Assembly: GCA_016182965.1 (NCBI GenBank)
Contig: JACPFM010000024.1
Span: 15,891-79,890, forward strand
Reading direction: 5' to 3'
DNA from: Deltaproteobacteria bacterium
GTDB taxonomy: Bacteria > Myxococcota_A > Polyangia > Polyangiales > JADJMO01
Length of the DNA stretch: 64,000 nucleotides
Shown here piece by piece: positions 62,886 to 64,000 of the stretch. Each line of letters opens with the position of its first letter. The first letter of the stretch is position 1. The position numbers were made by a program, and so were the translations under genes. A model generated the notes under the pieces. The model did not search any database. It saw only the letters and a program-made list of their open reading frames with translations, and had not been told where the DNA came from.

Positions 62886-64000
62886 ATGGTCCTTTCGAGC
62901 CGGCTCCGATGGGCGTGTTCGACGACGGTCCGCGCGTGCGCGGTGTTCGCGGTCTACGCGCTGCTCGCGCGCGTCGTCAGCTGGGCGGCGTTCCAACCCG
63001 GGTGGAGCGAGAATCACGAGGCGCTCGCCATGTTCGAGCGCGTCGAGGGCTTCCGCCGCGCGTTCACCGCCGGCGACTGGTTCCCCGTGTGGTCGCCGTT
63101 TCCCAACAACGGCCACGGAGCGGCGATGCCGCTGCTCTATCACCGCGCGTTCAACTTCGTGGCCGGGCTGCTCGCTTGGAAGTTCGGCACCTACCGAGCG
63201 GTCAAGACGGCGATCGCGCTCCTGATCGCCTTCGGGGCGTTCGGCGCGCACCGCGCCGCGCGGACGCTCGGCGCGCGTCCGTTCCTCTGCTTCGCGGCCG
63301 GCGCGACGTTCGCGACGGCGCCGTACGTGCTGACGGAGTGGTTCGTGCGCGGCGCGGTCGCCGAGCTGACGGCGATGATGATCCTGCCCTGGCTCGTCGG
63401 GGCGACGATCCGCTTCAGCCGCGGCGAGTCGGTCGGCGTGCGGATGGGCGTGCTCAGCGCAGTGCTCTTCCACGCGCACGCCATGATCGCGTTCTTCGCG
63501 CTGCCGCTGCCGGTCTTCGCGGGCGTGGCTTCCATCGCCTGGCCGCTGCGCGGAGATCGCCGGGCCGCGATCCTCCGCGTGCTGTCCGCCGGCCTGCGCT
63601 TCTCGCTCCCGTTCCTGCTGCTGACCGGACCGGCGCTGCTCGGCATCTACCTGGTGCGCCGCCAGTTCCGGACCGACATCCTCGAGGACCTGCAAGCGGT
63701 GCAGCAGTACGTGCCGTTCACCCGGTATCTGCTCGATCCGCAGGAGCTCGGTGGCGCCGTCCAGCTCTTCAGCGTGGAGATCGGCCCCGCGATCGTGCTC
63801 TCGCTCGTGGTGCTCGCCTTCGCGTCCGCCGTGACCCGGACGCGGGTGCTCGGTCCGGCCATCGCGTTCCTGGCGGGCGCCCTCGCCTTCTACCTCTGCC
63901 TGCTGCACCCGTGGTCTTCGCTCTTCTTCCGCGTCGTACCCGGCGCGATGCTGCTGCAGTTCCCGTGGCGGCTGCTGGTCTTCGTGGTGCCGCTCTCGGT
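62886..64000 (+). CDS. polytopic membrane protein (GT-C-like?), 3' end beyond the window
   Basis: Not in the ORF track (no stop before 64000). I translated from ATG 62886: MVLSSRLRWACSTTVRACAVFAVYALLARVVSWAAF...FPVWSPFPNNGHGAAMPLLYHRAFNFVAGLL... The frame stays open for 371 codons with many TM segments. Confidence 0.6.
   Translation, partial: MVLSSRLRWACSTTVRACAVFAVYALLARVVSWAAFQPGWSENHEALAMFERVEGFRRAFTAGDWFPVWSPFPNNGHGAAMPLLYHRAFNFVAGLLAWKFGTYRAVKTAIALLIAFGAFGAHRAARTLGARPFLCFAAGATFATAPYVLTEWFVRGAVAELTAMMILPWLVGATIRFSRGESVGVRMGVLSAVLFHAHAMIAFFALPLPVFAGVASIAWPLRGDRRAAILRVLSAGLRFSLPFLLLTGPALLGIYLVRRQFRTDILEDLQAVQQYVPFTRYLLDPQELGGAVQLFSVEIGPAIVLSLVVLAFASAVTRTRVLGPAIAFLAGALAFYLCLLHPWSSLFFRVVPGAMLLQFPWRLLVFVVPLS

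Overview
Very GC-rich chromosomal segment (about 70% by eye; third codon positions are almost all G/C). The gene content suggests a myxobacterium, probably Polyangia-like, but this assignment is inference. Supporting content: MYXO-CTERM-type sorting tails, Cys-rich repeat proteins, a choice-of-anchor lipoprotein with a DGDG/Cys metal-binding motif, three Ser/Thr kinases, a sigma54 enhancer-binding regulator, and an FHA-GGDEF protein. I support about 60 protein-coding genes. I recognised no rRNA, tRNA, CRISPR array, transposase or phage gene. Many long ORFs in the track are Arg/Ala/Pro-rich shadow frames of real genes and were discarded. Functional blocks, left to right: (1) metallophosphoesterase, choice-of-anchor-L lipoprotein, tryptophanase-family lyase and a methyltransferase. 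(2) A tight five-gene minus-strand operon ending in a peptide deformylase with an export-type N-terminus and a stand-alone LanC-like protein. (3) murI, then a zeta-toxin-like toxin-antitoxin pair of lower GC. (4) An acetate-utilisation regulon: small 2-TM ORF, SSF-transporter-fused histidine kinase, sigma54 response regulator, porin, acs, DUF485 and actP. In this regulon acs is broken by an apparent 16-nt deletion in its P-loop. (5) dapD, nusB, tatB/tatC and GST. (6) A branched-chain 2-oxoacid dehydrogenase operon (E1alpha, E1beta, E2). (7) M23 peptidase, orphan RavA-like ATPase and TatD. (8) A secreted-hydrolase cluster with two MYXO-CTERM trypsin-like proteases and an M16 pair. (9) FHA-GGDEF, GH1 and TlpA. 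(10) A roughly 4.8-kb SBBP plus Cys-rich-repeat surface-protein gene with two -1 frameshifts and no signal peptide. (11) An STPK-HK-RR operon. The most unusual signal is not a gene. Three intercistronic spacers (response regulator to tatB, E1alpha to E1beta, E1beta to E2) each carry the same polar cassette in mRNA sense. The order is stop codon, tandem GTCRTCA heptamers, a unique core, tandem TGACGAC heptamers (the reverse complement, with TGA in all three frames), then the start codon, with a Shine-Dalgarno in between at E1beta and E2. The E1alpha-E1beta spacer additionally holds 11-12 tandem ACTGAGGG octamers (G-quadruplex / SD-like / ANGGA-like) and a perfect 14-bp palindrome. I know of no described repeat family with this architecture.
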